The position numbers were made by a program, and so were the translations under genes. Below the pieces are notes generated by a model that saw only the letters and a list, made by a program, of their open reading frames with translations, did no database searches and was not told where the DNA came from. 64,000 bases of DNA, taken from NCBI GenBank assembly GCA_964016885.1, contig OZ024741.1:182838001-182902000 (forward strand), given 5' to 3'. Origin of the DNA: Eledone cirrhosa. Its lineage: Eukaryota. Positions 12,102-25,738 of the stretch are shown one piece after another (the first letter of the stretch is position 1; the number at the start of each line of letters is the position of its first letter).

Positions 12102-12654
12102 AAAACAAGAGTTGGCATCAGGGAACAAACCCAGGCAGCCATAGAATACTGCCTCAAAATTTTATTCAACTCATAACTGAATGAAAAAGGTATATATAAA
12201 AATGATGATGATGAAAACATTGATGATCTACTGCTTCTGTCACTCTAATCAATTAACTCTTAATGCTCTGTACCATATGAAACTGCATTAGAAAAACATT
12301 TGTGCAGTACATTAACATTCCTGGCCAATGGTAAAGATACTATAAATATTTGAATTAACAAGCCTGTTTTTAGATATTTGCTAATTCATTGTAGGATATT
12401 AAGAGTTTAAAATCCCAACACAGCCATATACCCTTTCATGACATTCGTAAATTTATATAAGTTTGGAGAGAAGAGAGTTTTTACGTTTTAAATTAAACAC
12501 TTTGTCTGAATAGAAAAAGCATTTTCTATTTTAGATTAATGGTTTAGCCCACAATATTCAAGTTTTTCTTTCTCTTTCTATGGCATACAAACATCACTAA
12601 ATAATTTTTGCTGAAGCAAACCACCACTAGTATCTCCAGATTCTGTTTATTTAA

Positions 12655-13076
12655 CCCTTAGCATTTAAACTGGTCATATACGGCCATAATTCTCTCGCCA
12701 CTTTCTGTTCAAACTGGTTATAACCAGCCCCTCATACTGACGTTAAGGTATTGTTCTCAAAGTAACTAACATCAAAATCTCATAGATTCGATATCATCTC
12801 AAACAATTTTATGTTCTACTTTGATAAAAAAAACAGCGATGATCAACTACAAAGTATTAAAAAAACTGGCGTATGGGTGATGCCAGATGCTCTATAACAT
12901 GTGTGGGGAGGGGAGACAGGAGTTTCCGACCACAACTTGCTCCAAATTTGTATTGATGTAAAAGTAATAAAATAAAATCTGAAGTTTGCTCTCATTAACA
13001 TCATTTTCAAATTGCCTCCCTGTGCACCCCACCCCTATGGTAATCACTGATATAGAGTAATGTAAATGTTAATGGG
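12655..13076. mobile_element. piggyBac-type MITE family 1 with an ~250-bp foreign insert
   Basis: TTAACCCTTAGCATTTAAAC start and TATAGAGTAATGTAAATGTTAATGGG end. Unrelated sequence at about 12796-13050. Confidence 0.75.
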
Positions 13077-13109
13077 TTCACAAACAGGTTGATGCATTCA
13101 ACTAGTATG

Positions 13110-13315
13110 TCTTAAAATGTTATATCCTTGGTATAGTAGGGTGGGGGTGGGGATAAGATCAAGGTAGCACCTAATATGACTGCCTTAAAATGTTATATCC
13201 TGAACACTGTAGGGTGAGAGTTGGGATATGGTTCAAGGCAGTAACTAATTTAGACTATCTCAAAATGTTATATATTCCTGCCACTAGAGGCAGAGAAAGA
13301 CCTAGGTAGTGGCTA
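13110..13315. repeat. Degenerate ~75-bp tandem repeat, about 3 copies
   Basis: Recurrent CTTAAAATGTTATATCCT...TAGGGT...AAGGTAG units near 13111, 13184 and 13259. Confidence 0.6.
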
Positions 13316-13385
13316 GCAGATTTTTTTTTATTATTATAATGATGTTTGCTTGAAAATACAAAATAAATATAGAAAATAGACTTAC

Positions 13386-13463
13386 TTTGGAATAAAATGG
13401 CTTTTTTGTAACAGAAGCAGGTAAAATGCTAGTTCTCAGATCTTCTTTCTCAAAAAGCAACAC
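13386..13463 (-). CDS. Tankyrase-like gene, visible exon 11 (VLLFEKEDLRTSILPASVTKKPFYSK)
   Basis: tttcaag/gtaagt splice sites, 78 nt, phase 0->0. Confidence 0.85.
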
Positions 13464-15179
13464 CTTGAAAGAAAAATGATATATATATATATTGAGAGAG
13501 AAAATTATTGAGAAAGAAAATTATACATATTTCTATCAAAAGTAAAAACAAAAAAAAGATTAAAGACAGATTTTGGTTTGTTTAACATAATAAAGATATA
13601 TACTGGGTGTGAAAGAGAAATTAACTTATAGATAACCCCAATGGTGGGAAATAAACAGAGTCATTAGAGCACTGACTAAATGAGTCATGGAATTTGTTCT
13701 GGTTCTCTGCATTCTTAGTTTAAATTCCACCATGATCAACTTGAACAAAAGGATCAAGAGGGCTCTTCAGCCACATAAAGGACTGTCATAACAAAATGCA
13801 CCCAGTACATTCTGCTAAGTGGTTGATATTAGGAAGGGCATCCAATAGTAAACACTGTCAAAAGGATTGAGAGAGTTCTTCAGCCACATCAAAGACATGA
13901 CAATTTCCTTAGTGTTGGAGCCATGATAAAATGTACCCAGTAGACCTTGCAATGCAATTAGCGTTAGGAAAAGCATCCAGCCATAGAGACTGTGCCAAAA
14001 ATTGAACATATTGCAGCTCCTATCATCCATTATAGTCACGTGCATGCACACACACACACACATTTATGAAGACAGTCTCTTTGATTAAGTACTGATTTGG
14101 TCTGTAATGATCAGTTTAAACCCTGCCAGCAGGGAAAAACAGGGGGTGCCAGTGACAACGGGTGGTGATGATAATAATGATGATACTACAATATTACATC
14201 AATTTTTCCATGTGTGGAAAGGTGAGATGGTTTACTTATTGGATCAGACATGCCCACCTTCCACCCTGTTCTTATTGTTTGTAACTCAACCATGAAGTAA
14301 GGAGTGGTGCGTTGTTTTTAATTCTTCAATTAGTTAGGTTGGAGCAAGCAAATTTAAAAGCTTGGGTGCTTTACTCAAAGCCACAGTGCAATGCATCATT
14401 ATGCATTGCATTGTGGCTTTGAGTAAAGTCAAATCTGAACTAAGTGATACATAGTTCAACATCTAAACCTCATAGCCACTGAGAAAAACATTTAATTATT
14501 AAATAGCCCAGCACTCCTAAATATAAATAGGTACAATCCTGCTATGGTGTACTTGAGTTGTAGACTTAATTCATCACACTGTTTAATACCACAACATGGT
14601 TCTTAGGTGCCATAATAGTGTTCAATCTGTTGCAAGCTTTCAGGTCATGTCTCCGGTTTGGGGGACACCTTCTTTCCCCCCCCCCCCCCTCTTTCCCTCC
14701 AATCTGAAAACTACCCTCCTTCTGTGACTAACATCATCATCGTTTGGACAGTTCTTTTTTTGAGGTAATGTTTTATAAGCAGATACCCTTCTTTATACCA
14801 ACCCTTTAATCCCTTTTCATGACACTCAGTGATATGGAGCATCTATTCTAAACTGAATACATATGGTTAACAGTTGAAACAAAAATTAAATGTGAAAAAA
14901 TATATACCAAATTGACAGAGTAAAGTATAGTTACATTAGCAACATTTTAAATGTAGGGAGATAGCTAATTGGAGATAAGTATACAGTGAAAGGAAAAAAC
15001 AATATTAGTCATGAAATAATATTATTTTGAATTTCTTTCAGCACTGTAAAGATATTTTAGTCTTATTAAGCATAGACTTTAATGCTTTTAATGGATTAAA
15101 TACAGCTTGTAATGAGCCCTCTTATTGGCCATGTGGTAAAATAAACGTAAAAAATAACAATAACAAATATCATTATTAC

Positions 15180-15302
15180 CTCTTTATGAAGATAATTGTA
15201 GCCATGACCACCAGCTTTCTCTGCTTCCTCAATCAATCTACCAGATAATTTACGGTGACCTCTAATGATGGCTTGATGAATGAATTGATAAACTGTGGCA
15301 AT
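15180..15302 (-). CDS. Tankyrase-like gene, visible exon 10 (IATVYQFIHQAIIRGHRKLSGRLIEEAEKAGGHGYNYLHKE)
   Basis: ccttccag/gtaata splice sites, 123 nt, phase 0->0. GHRKL and GYNYLH motifs. Confidence 0.88.
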
Positions 15303-15772
15303 CTGGAAGGACAATAAAATTAAAATGAAACATCACACAATCTCTTCAGCAGAGAATCCCAGTATACATTTCCTAATATAAAAAGACTTCAATTGGTTTT
15401 GATGATGTGTGTTCCAGTTATTCAGTTAACAGAACAACTTATTTGTTAAATTAACATATGTGACTCTGTATTCCAAGGACACATATACATTTGCTAAGTT
15501 AAAAAGACCTCCATCGATTTCAACAACATATGTGTTCCAATTCTTCAGTCACTAGAACAACCTATTTATTAAATTAACATAAGTGGCTGAATAACCCACA
15601 ACACATTTACCCTTAATATTCAGGCATTTTACAAAATGTTGTGACAAGGCCAACCCTTTGAATTTCACTTGCAAAGTGAATGACACTTACCCAAGATGCC
15701 ATGTAATGAGAAACCAGAGTGAATTGCTTAATCACTTGGTTATGCTGCATTCATCTTGCTTAGTAAGTTTAA

Positions 15773-16964
15773 CCCTTTAGCATTTAAACTAGCTATATCC
15801 GGCCAGAATTCTCTAACCTCTTTCTGTTCAAACCGGCCGTAACTGGCCACTCATGCTGATGTTAAGGTATTGTTCTCAAAATAAATATCAAAATCTCATA
15901 GATTCGATATTATCTCTATATATATATATAAAACAGAGGATATGTGTCTGTGTAAATTCCTAAAACTCGAGAAGTACCCGACCGATTTTTTTCAAACTTT
16001 AATGTTACTTATATTTCTTGAAGTGTAATGGACTAAAAACTAACTTTTTCTGCCCTAGGGCCCTCATTAAACGAAAAACCGCATTTTTTAGGCACTTTTA
16101 GGCTTTTTTTAAAGGCGTAACTTAAAGATAATCCAGCCGATTTCCTCAAAATTTGCAGCACACATTAGTTAGTCCCCTCCCTCGCATTGCTGTGGACAAA
16201 AAAATTTCCGATTCCATTAATGGTTTCTAGAAAATTTACGAATTAGCATTGGGCATTACATGCCATTTTCATTTTCAATATGAACGCTACTTAAACATCG
16301 TAAGTAGCGTATAATATTTCGTTAAAAATTTGGTTTATTTAACAGAGGACACAACACTTACTTTTAAGCAGGACCATTTTCGGGGGATTGAGGAAGTGAG
16401 GACCTTAAAATTTTTGTTGGCGCCCTGTTGACGCTTCGTGCTTTCATCATGCGCAAATCCGGGCCCTGTGTCTTATTGACACCATAAAACTCACATCTGT
16501 GCTACTTCTACTAAGACCCCTTTTGTTGCACTACACCGCAATATGAACGCCCTGTGCAAGTACGCCGAACAGCGGTTGTGCTAATTCCGTGGTGACCCCT
16601 TTTGTCGCATCTTTGTTGCTGTGTAAACGCAGTGCAACCAGTGCCGCCCAGCGTTTGTGCTAATTGCACTATGACCCCCTTCTGCTGCAGCTGCGTTGCC
16701 ACGCTGATTTGGTCATCTCAATATCCCCACTTAAACGTACATCCCTACTTGGTTTTCACACAATTGACTACATCGCTCCTCAATCATTCCCTGAGAATAA
16801 GGGAATTCAAAAAGTACACAGCTACATCCCTCAATCTTTGCATATGCGTGTAGCTATTTCACGTTTCCTACCCCATGCAACGCCAGGTCCTGCTTCTTGT
16901 GTAAGATAAAGCCTTTACCACAAAAATACAATAGTATATATAGAGTAATGTAAATGCTAAAGGG
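15773..16964. mobile_element. piggyBac-type MITE family 1, complete but split by a Helitron
   Basis: TTAA-CCCTTTAGCATTTA ... TAAATGCTAAAGGG-TTAA. The halves rejoin as GATTCGATATTA|TGTAAGATAAAGCC. Confidence 0.9.
15913..16899 (+). mobile_element. Non-autonomous Helitron
   Basis: 5' TC. 3' CCCCATGCAACGCCAGG degenerate hairpin followed by CTTG (a CTAG variant). Inserted between A and T with no TSD. Confidence 0.8.
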
Positions 16965-18087
16965 TTAAACATATTTAACACAGGGAACATCAGAAAGCTA
17001 ATTATAAAAATTGTGCATGAGGAAAAATATACAGTATTTGTCAAAAGCATTCTTCAGGTCAATGAATGCTTATTATAAGAGCTTACTTCTAGCTAAGAGT
17101 TTCACTTGTAGTCGTTTCAGTAGGAAAGAAGCATCAATGGTTCTCCATCTGAACACAAACCCAAGCTAATTCACTTTCTAATCATATATGCTATATCTCT
17201 TTCAATTACTTTTATGATTTGGTTCATCAACTTAATGCCTCAGTAATTGCCTTTTTCTAGTGCATCACCTTTATCTTTGTAGCAATTGATGATGATGATA
17301 CTGCAATGCCAGCCATTTGAAAATGACACCTTACTGTCCTACCAATCACTATCACATGACTGACATTATCAGATATTCTAAGCATCCCACATACTTCTTG
17401 CCCAACAATGTCTTGGATTCGCTCATATCATATATATGTAATATAAGAAGAGCTGTTTGAGTGTAGGACAATACAACTTGCTCATTGAACTCTGAATTAA
17501 AATCCCACAATGGTCAATTTAGTCTTTCATCCTTTTCGGGAGTTGATAAAATAAAACAAGTCAGGGCAGTAGATTTGCAGAATTACAAGGGCATCAGACA
17601 AGATGCTTTGTTATATTTGTTCTCATTCTTTACATTCTGAGTTAAATACCACCTACTTGGTTCTTGTGTGTTTTTAATTCACTGAGTTCCCTCTATTACA
17701 AGCACTTGGTTTGACCTCTTCAGTGCCACAGACGAGATAACTTGTCCTAACATGTTTGAACTCCTTTCCAACAGTTCATAACTTCAAAATGATGAACTCG
17801 TTTCCAAAAGTTCATAATTTCAAAGCTAGATGGGGTTACTAGTTTATTGATGTAACATTTGTCAATCAAAATAGTCATTTTACAGGGGGGGGAAAACCCC
17901 GGTACAATAATTGTAGCAGTGTAAAATATACGCAGCAGTCAACAGATTAAAGATAACTTCTTTCCTTTCTCTTACCAGTCTTGGCAGCACTGAGAAAATC
18001 AAAAATCATAGGCACTAGCCCTCTTTCCTTCATTAAGCAGTAAAAAAACATTTTTTTCTAAAATCAAAGTAGTCAAAACTAATTTAC

Positions 18088-18213
18088 ATGCTCATCTCTA
18101 GTGTCATTCTGGTCAGTGTCAAACAAAATTTCCAGAATCTCTTTACTGGCTCCAATTGTCACGGCATATTCAAAGTAAGTTCTAGAGCTGTATATCACGT
18201 TATTCTTGACATC
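18088..18213 (-). CDS. Tankyrase-like gene, visible exon 9 (DVKNNVIYSSRTYFEYAVTIGASKEILEILFDTDQNDTRDEH)
   Basis: ttttcag acceptor, weaker gtaaat donor, 126 nt, phase 0->0. Confidence 0.75.
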
Positions 18214-18285
18214 CTGAAAAATGCAAATAAAATAACATCTCTGAAATAACCTACAATAACATTTCACTATATATACATATATGGG

Positions 18286-18322
<37 letters not shown>

Positions 18323-19566
18323 CATGAGTACACAGCAACACACACCTGGTAATAATAGTAGGTGGAACATGGGTACATAGCAACACATACCAGCAATGGT
18401 AGTGGGTGGAGCATGAGTACACAGCAACACATACAGGCAATAGTGATGGGAGGGGCTTGGGTACATAGCAACACATACTGGCAATAGTGGTAGGAGGAGC
18501 TTTGGTACATAGCAACACATACTGGCAATAGTGGTGGGTGGAGCTTGGGTACATAGCAACACATACTGGCAATAGTGATGGGAGGGGCTTGGGTACATAG
18601 CAACACATATTGGCAATAGTGGTAGGAGGAGCTTTGGTACATAGCAACACATACTGGCAATAGTGGTAGGAGGAGCTTTGGTACATAGCAACACATACTG
18701 GCAATAGTGATGGGAGGGGCTTGGGTACATAGCAACACATACTGGCAATAGTGGTAGGAGGAGCTTTGGTACATAGCAACACATACTGGCAATAGTGGTG
18801 GGTGGAGCTTGGGTACATAGCAACACATACTGGCAATAGTGGTAGGAGGAGCTTTGGTACATAGCAACACATACTGGCAATAGTGATGGGAGGGGCTTGG
18901 GTACATAGCAACACATACTGGCAATAGTGGTAGGAGGAGCTTTGGTACATAGCAACACATACTAGCAATAGTGATGGGAGGGGCTTGGGTACATAGCAAC
19001 ACATACTGGCAATAGTGGTAGGAGGAGCTTTGGTACATAGCAACACATACTGGCAATAGTGATGGGAGGGGCTTGGGTACATAGCAACACATACTGGCAA
19101 TAGTGGTAGGAGGAGCTTTGGTACATAGCAACACATACTGGCAATAGTGATGGGAGGGGCTTGGGTACATAGCAACACATACTGGCAATAGTGGTAGGAG
19201 GAGCTTTGGTACATAGCAACACATACTGGCAATAGTGGTGGGTGGAGCTTGGGTACATAGCAACATATACTGGCAATAGTGGTAGGAGGAGCTTTGGTAC
19301 ATAGCAACACATACTGGCAATAGTGGTGGGTGGAGCTTGGGTACATAGCAACATATACTGGCAATAGTGGTAGGAGGAGCTTTGGTACATAGCAACACAT
19401 ACTGGCAATAGTGGTAGGAGGGGCTTGGGTACATAGCAACACATACTGGCAATAGTGATGGGAGGGGCTTGCATACATAGCAACACATACAGGCAATAAT
19501 GATGGGAGGGGCTTGGGTACATAGCAACACATACTGGCAATAGTGGTGGGTGGAGCATGAGTACAG
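18323..19566. repeat. 44-bp minisatellite, about 28 units, three interspersed variants
   Basis: Unit GTACATAGCAACACATACTGGCAATAGT followed by GGTAGGAGGAGCTTTG, GATGGGAGGGGCTTGG or GGTGGGTGGAGCTTGG. Period 44 (18461, 18505, 18549...). Confidence 0.97.
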
Positions 19567-20101
19567 AGCTATATGCACTGGTAATAAAGCTGAGTGGAGC
19601 AACACATGCCAAGTAATGCAATAAATATGTCTATCTAGTTTAGCTGTACATTGCCCCATGTTTCTGTTCCTTCTGTCCTTGTTACTGTTCTTCACATTGA
19701 TACATATCATATGGACCTTTGTTAACTTCAACTATTATTGTTCCAGCTGTTCAATCAATGGAACTGCCTGCTTGTGAAATTAATCTGTAAGTGGCTGAAT
19801 ATTCTACAGACATGTGTACCCTTAAGGTAATTCTTAGAGAGATTTATAAGTGGCAGCATGACATGGCTGGCCTTTTGAATTACAGGTACAGTCTATCCAA
19901 TGAACTTCCAAATAGTTTCCCTGTACCTAATTTCACTCACATGGCATGGGTCAACCTGAGGCCATGGTAAATGACATTTGCCCAAGATGCCACACAGAGA
20001 GATCAAACACAGAGCCTACTGAATTTGGCCATTCACAATACATATACGAAAATTACAAAATATCCATCACGTCATTAATTTTATAGATCATTTGGAAATA
20101 C

Positions 20102-20189
20102 CTTAGTGAGAGCGTTGTTCCCTTCACGGTTTCCTCTGCCAAGAGTGATAGAACGAATGTTGTGAATTCCAAGAAAAATGGGATTGTAC
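20102..20189 (-). CDS. Tankyrase-like gene, visible exon 8 (YNPIFLGIHNIRSITLGRGNREGNNALTK)
   Basis: tttag/gtattt splice sites, phase 2->0. RGxREGNNA motif. Confidence 0.88.
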
Positions 20190-21616
20190 CTAAAAAAAGA
20201 AATGAACAAAGTAAAATAGAAATTTTTGACCCGAAATAAAAAAAAGAAAAATGACTGCAATAATAATTCCTTAATATTGTTCATGCCATGGACATGCTTG
20301 AGAACCTGGTATAACTTTTACACTCTTTCCCATTGTTCTATTTTTTTTATCATTGCCGTTATTTTTATTTTATGTCTGCTTCCCATGCTGGCATGGGTTG
20401 AACAGGTTGTTGCGGTCTCAGGCAGTTCTTATTCTATTCAGAGTTACTGCCCTCTTAGAAGGGTTGCAAGACCATGTCGTGCTCATGTTTTGTTTTCTTG
20501 CAGGTTTTCTGCAGCAAGATAGAGTGTGATAGATGCATTTTTTGTGGCATTATCACCAGCAATGTTCTTACGTTTGCAGCAAGACTAAAGGGTCCTCTCT
20601 ACCCTATGTTGTTTTCACTTAACTGTCTTACTGGTCCACCACATGGTTCAGTCATATTTCCAATACCCATACTTCTAAGCATTAAAAATCAACAGTTCTT
20701 CACTCTTAACTGTCTACCTACAAGTGTGAATCGATGTACAAATAACACATCTCATACTAAACTTGCACTACTTCCATAATCAAATTACCAAGGAAACATT
20801 CACCAGTAATAGTGACATGAGAGAACCTAGTCCTTAACAAAAGCACCAAAACACATATAACCAAACAATCTTGCACTCTAATTATGTACAATGCACATTT
20901 ACAGTCTAAAAACTTACTACAAATGCTCGGCCTCAGATTATTTAATATGGGGACGACACATCTATAATAATGCCTAAACTGCAAAACCAGATGATTGAGA
21001 CTTATTTTCAAGGCCAGAAAATACTTCATCCACTATCAGTTGGCAATTCTTTATAAAAAACATGTGTAACCTATATATGGATATCATGCTGATGCATACA
21101 CACATTTACACATCCTAAACTGCATCCAAAAGAAGGCCCTGCTTAGAAGTATAGGTATCAGAGATATGACTGAACCATGAGGTAGACCAGTAAAGCAATT
21201 AAGTGAGATCCCTGTAGAAACTGCATGTGAGGAAGGAAGACCTGGGTAGAGCTGGTGAGAACTGATCCAAAATTACTGAAGCTCACAGTAAAGATAACAA
21301 AGGAATGCAATGAGTGGAGGCATGATGTGTAGGAAAATACCATGCAAGCATGGAAAAGCAGATGTATCATCATCATCATCACCACCACCATTTTACGTCC
21401 ATAGGGTGATGATTAATCATCATCATCATCATCATCATTACCGTTTAGTGTCCATTATGCCATGCTTGCATGGGTTATCCACGTTGGGAGACAAGTGTGG
21501 CCAGAACTGGCCATGCCATACCTTGCTCAGACAAGGACTGTAAATTTGGCCAGGGATTTTATAGCTGGATGCCCTTCCTAACATCAACCACATGGTTTTA
21601 AATATTTTCCACTTAC

Positions 21617-21783
21617 CATCCGGTGCCCATCGAGTCGATCAACACAGTTGGTTTATTTGTGACAGATTTGCGGGATAAACCAAAATAGTCTTCAGCAAGG
21701 TACCCTACAGATCCTCGGTTCTGACGTTGAATAGCATAATGTAAAGCTGTCAATTGATTTTCTGGTGACCTCACATAATCAAG
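21617..21783 (-). CDS. Tankyrase-like gene, visible exon 7 (LDYVRSPENQLTALHYAIQRQNRGSVGYLAEDYFGLSRKSVTNKPTVLIDSMGTG)
   Basis: ttgttcag/gtaagt splice sites, phase 0->2, TALHYA ankyrin motif. Confidence 0.88.
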
Positions 21784-22423
21784 CTGAACAAAGAGAGAAA
21801 GAAAATTATTTACTAAGTATAATTCCTATTAAAACAACTTTATAAATACATACAATTACAACATAAAAACTAAACATTTTTGTTAAAGTCTTATAGAGAT
21901 TTATAATTTTGCAACTCTATTTATCTGCAATTTAGAGATAAAGGGCAAAGGCTTGACAGAATAATTAGGATGTCAGATAAAATCTTTCATCATTTGGGTA
22001 AAATAGAGTACAAATCAAATACTGAGATAGCTATATCAAACATTTCCTTTTTTCTCAAATTTGAAGTCATCTACATTAAATACCAGTTTGATCTCTTATC
22101 ATCAGCAGGCATCTTATTCCTAGATATGTACATGATAAAGATAAAAGGCTCTTAAAACCTGGTGGAGTCATAGAGGCGTTGTTCTGACACAGTGTGCTTT
22201 GGGTAGTTTAATCCTGCCAGGGCTCATCCCTCTCCAGGTTGGAACTCAGCTGGTTTCTGAGAAAGGGAGGTGGGGGAGAGAGAGAGCTCATTGAATCGGA
22301 GCCAGAAAGAAAGTGGAAAAAATCAAACCCCAATAATAGAAAGGTTGACCTCAGTAGGATTTGAACTCAGAGAGTGGTGATGAACAAAAATATACGTAGA
22401 ATGATATATATATATATATATAC

Positions 22424-23537
22424 ACAGGTCGGTGTCCACCAGGGCTCTGTTCTTAACCCTCCTGTTCGTTATAGTTTTGCAGGCAATAATGGAGGAGTTT
22501 AAGACCGGATGCCCATGGGAACTCCTGTATGCGGATGATCTCGCACTTATAGCTGAATCCATAGTGGAACTAGAGAAGAAATTCCAAACATGGAAGCAGG
22601 GACTAAAAAGAAAGGGTCTCAAAGTCAACCTGACAAAGACTAAGGTTCTTGTAAGTAGACGAGATAACAGAACCCAGATTCCCTCAGGGAAATGGCCTTG
22701 CTCAGTATGTAGGAAAGGTGTAGATAGGAACTCCATCCTCTGCCCCAAATGCAAACAATGGGTACACAAGAGATGTAGTGGGATCTCAGGAAGCTTAACT
22801 AAGAATGTAGGCTTCATATGTAGCAGCTGCACTGGGACAGCAAGCAGCAAACAGCCACAGGAAACAAGTACCACCAAACTCTGGGAGGGCTCTGTAGAAA
22901 CAGTAGACAGCTTCTGCTACCTAGGTGACCGAATTAGCAGCGGAGGTGGGTGTTTGGAAAGTACAATAACTAGGGTAAGAACGGGATGGAAGAAGTTCAG
23001 GGAGCTACTGCCACTGCTAGCTGCAAAAGGCTTTTCCCTCAAAATGAAAGGCAGACTGTATGATGCGTGTATATGAACAGCATTGTTACATGGTAGTGAG
23101 ACCTGGACGCTGTCTGTGGAAGACTTGTGCAGATTAGAAAGAAACGAAGCTTGCATGCTCCGATGGATGTGTAATAGTAATATACGCGAATGGCAAAGTA
23201 TAAACAAACTGAGAGAGATTGAGCATAAGAGGAATCAAATGATGTGTGCAGGAGAGGAGGTTACGTTGGTATGGACATGTGATGCGTATGAAGGATGACA
23301 GCTGCATAAAAAGGTGCAGAGCACTAGAAGTCGATGGAAGCCACGGAGTGGGGAGACCCAAGAAAACCTGGGATGGGGTGATAAAGGCTGACCTTACCCA
23401 ATTGCACCTCTCAAGGGCAATGACATGTGACCGTGACCTCTGGCGTCATGCAGTAATACAGAAGACCCGACCCCCCTCGGGAACAAGCCGAGGCTGAAGC
23501 ATATACACAATATGCCGGTGATGATGATGATGATGAT
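22424..23537 (+). mobile_element. RTE-clade LINE, subfamily A, 5'-truncated and disabled
   Basis: YADD, PHD-like finger, YLG, RLRWYGHV motifs. Premature TGA at 23074 and a frameshift near 23220. (GAT)n tail. Confidence 0.9.
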
Positions 23538-23830
23538 CTGGGAGATTTCAGTTAAGAATGTAAAGGAGTGCAACTAAATGTCACAAAACATTTTGTTCAT
23601 TGTTCTACCTATTTTAATAATAATGGTTTCCAATTTAGGGACAAGGCCAACATTTGGGGAAGGCAAAGTCGATTAAATTGACCCCAGTGTGATTTTTAAA
23701 ACAATAATATTCGTAATAATTGTTCTTTGTACATGGGCTTGATTATCAACAAAGATGATTGTTTTAAGCTATAACAGTTCTCCTAAAGAAAAGAGGGAAC
23801 GACAGTGTGTGACAAAGTATATATTATCAT

Positions 23831-24041
23831 TGGCTAAAGAACTGCCAAGAAATCCCAGTAGAAGGAAGATGCAGTAGAGGTAGACCACGAAAAATATGGG
23901 CGGAGGCAGTAAGAGCAGACCTCAGATCGCTGAAACTCACCGAGGAGATGACAAAGGACCATGTGGAGAGATGCTGTGCTGAATAGGACCCGTCCAACCC
24001 TCGCAAGCAGGGAAAAGCGGACGTAAAATGATGATGATGAT
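23831..24041 (+). mobile_element. RTE LINE subfamily C 3' fragment
   Basis: Homologous to about 43225-43420. Tail GCAAGCAGGGAAAAGCGGACGTAAAA(TGA)n. Confidence 0.8.
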
Positions 24042-24059
24042 TGTAACGATTCCGTGCTT

Positions 24060-24408
24060 GGATTTTAACATGCTTCACCCCTTCCCTAGTCCCCACACCA
24101 TGTAGTGCCCCCCCCCCTCTATGTGTCAAGACAAAAGCCCAGTCCACACTGCAAAGTGGTTGTGTTTGCGACACGATAGTGCCCAGTCCACACTGTAATG
24201 TGGTCGTGTAGGTGACACAACAAAAAGCACCCAGCACACACTGTAAATGTGGTTGGCATTAGGAAGGGCATCCAGCTGTAGAAACCAAGCCAAAAATCAG
24301 TCCCAGGTGAGTGAAACATGGTCTTCTGACCTGATTCTCTGTCAAAGGGTCAACTTGTCCTACCCAAGCTATCATCGAAATTGGACATTAAACAATGATG
24401 ATGATGAT
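24060..24408 (+). mobile_element. SINE/RTE-3'UTR module with AGGAAGGGCATCCAGC core
   Basis: Same module as 33140-33315 and 63650-63924, ending in (GAT)n. Confidence 0.7.
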
Positions 24409-24860
24409 AAGCAAGGAGGAAAACTGTAGCATTGGATAATGCTGTTAATGAAAATGAAGACAGCAAAACAAGACAAAACATTTCAGGCCATCAGACGTCC
24501 TTTCTGGGAGCTGACATACATTAGATGCCCATGGTTTTTGGTATATTACAGATGGTGACTTCAAGTCATTGTTACTCTGGATGTCAACGTCCAGTAAGGA
24601 TGGCTCATGACCAGAAATGATTTATTTGTATTGTTTCATCTTGTCTTCAATTTGATTTATATCACAGAAAAAAAGCACCCAGCACTCACTGTAAATGAGG
24701 TTGGTGTTAGGAAGGGCATCCAGCTGTAGAAATCAAGCCAGAATCAGTTCCCGTCCCACCCTTGCAAGCAGGGAAAAGCAGACGTAAAATGAAAAATGAT
24801 ATATATAGCGTATGTGTGTAGAAATATACACAGCAGCAGTAGTAGTAATGAGTTACTTAC

Positions 24861-24960
24861 ACCATACTTGAGAGATTTGAGCAGAGTCATGTCATTCAAT
24901 AAGACAGCTCGGATGGCTAACTTCCCGTTTGTATGGGAAGAGATGAAAGGCACAGTTTCA
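24861..24960 (-). CDS. Tankyrase-like gene, visible exon 6 (ETVPFISSHTNGKLAIRAVLLNDMTLLKSLKYG)
   Basis: ttttcag/gtaagt splice sites, phase 2->0. Confidence 0.85.
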
Positions 24961-25707
24961 CTGAAAATAGAAAAAACAAAACAGGTAAAAAAATAGATAA
25001 GTAAACTCAATGAAGTATATTGGGGTCGTATATTTTGTTGCAGAACCATTATAAAACTTTCCAAACCTTTTACTGACACTTCACGCCACCATAATTGTTT
25101 GAGACAGCAGTACATCAAAATGCATAATAGGGGAAATTCATTCCCTTAACACAGAATAATCTCTCAACAAGCAAATGTTGATTTGTTATCTGTAAAAACT
25201 AGATTTTTACATGAGACAGAAAATTTCAGATTTTTAAGCTTCACAAAAAAACATTTGTTTGAGTATATATGTTATATACAACAGGCTTCTGAACAGTTTC
25301 TGCCCACCAAATTTCACTCACAAGGCATTGGCCAGCTCTAGGCTATAAGTGGAGACAATTGCCTAAGGTGTGGCGCAGTGATATTGAACCCCAAAACACG
25401 TGGTTGCTGAGCAAACATCTTAACCAAATAGCCATGCCTACACCTATATTGAGAAATAATTATTGAATGATAAAAAAAAACAATGAAGCAACAACTTCAA
25501 ATTTATTTTATCAGTTTTCTTTCCAGTCTTTTTAATTATATTTAATGAAAGCACATTCATAATTATCTTTAATTTAAAAATAATTAGGAATCATTTTAAA
25601 AGGCCATTTCCTTTTTCTATTTTCTCATTCTGCTTTACATTTACAAGTTTCTTTTTCTTTATTAAAAATCTCCAGAAAATAACTAAGAACACATGCAAAA
25701 AGAAACA

Positions 25708-25738
<31 letters not shown>

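Noticed and set aside
17976-17989. 14-nt micro-exon candidate (ctcag...gtaag)
   Set aside because: It would frameshift two phase-0 exons that already join correctly.
18323-19566. CRISPR-like constant/variable periodicity
   Set aside because: The variable parts are only three related 16-mers, there are no cas genes, and the context is a eukaryotic intron.
18079-19731. Four long Cys/Tyr-rich ORFs (219-550 aa)
   Set aside because: Products of the stop-poor 44-bp minisatellite read in all frames. Only 18088-18213 is exon-like.
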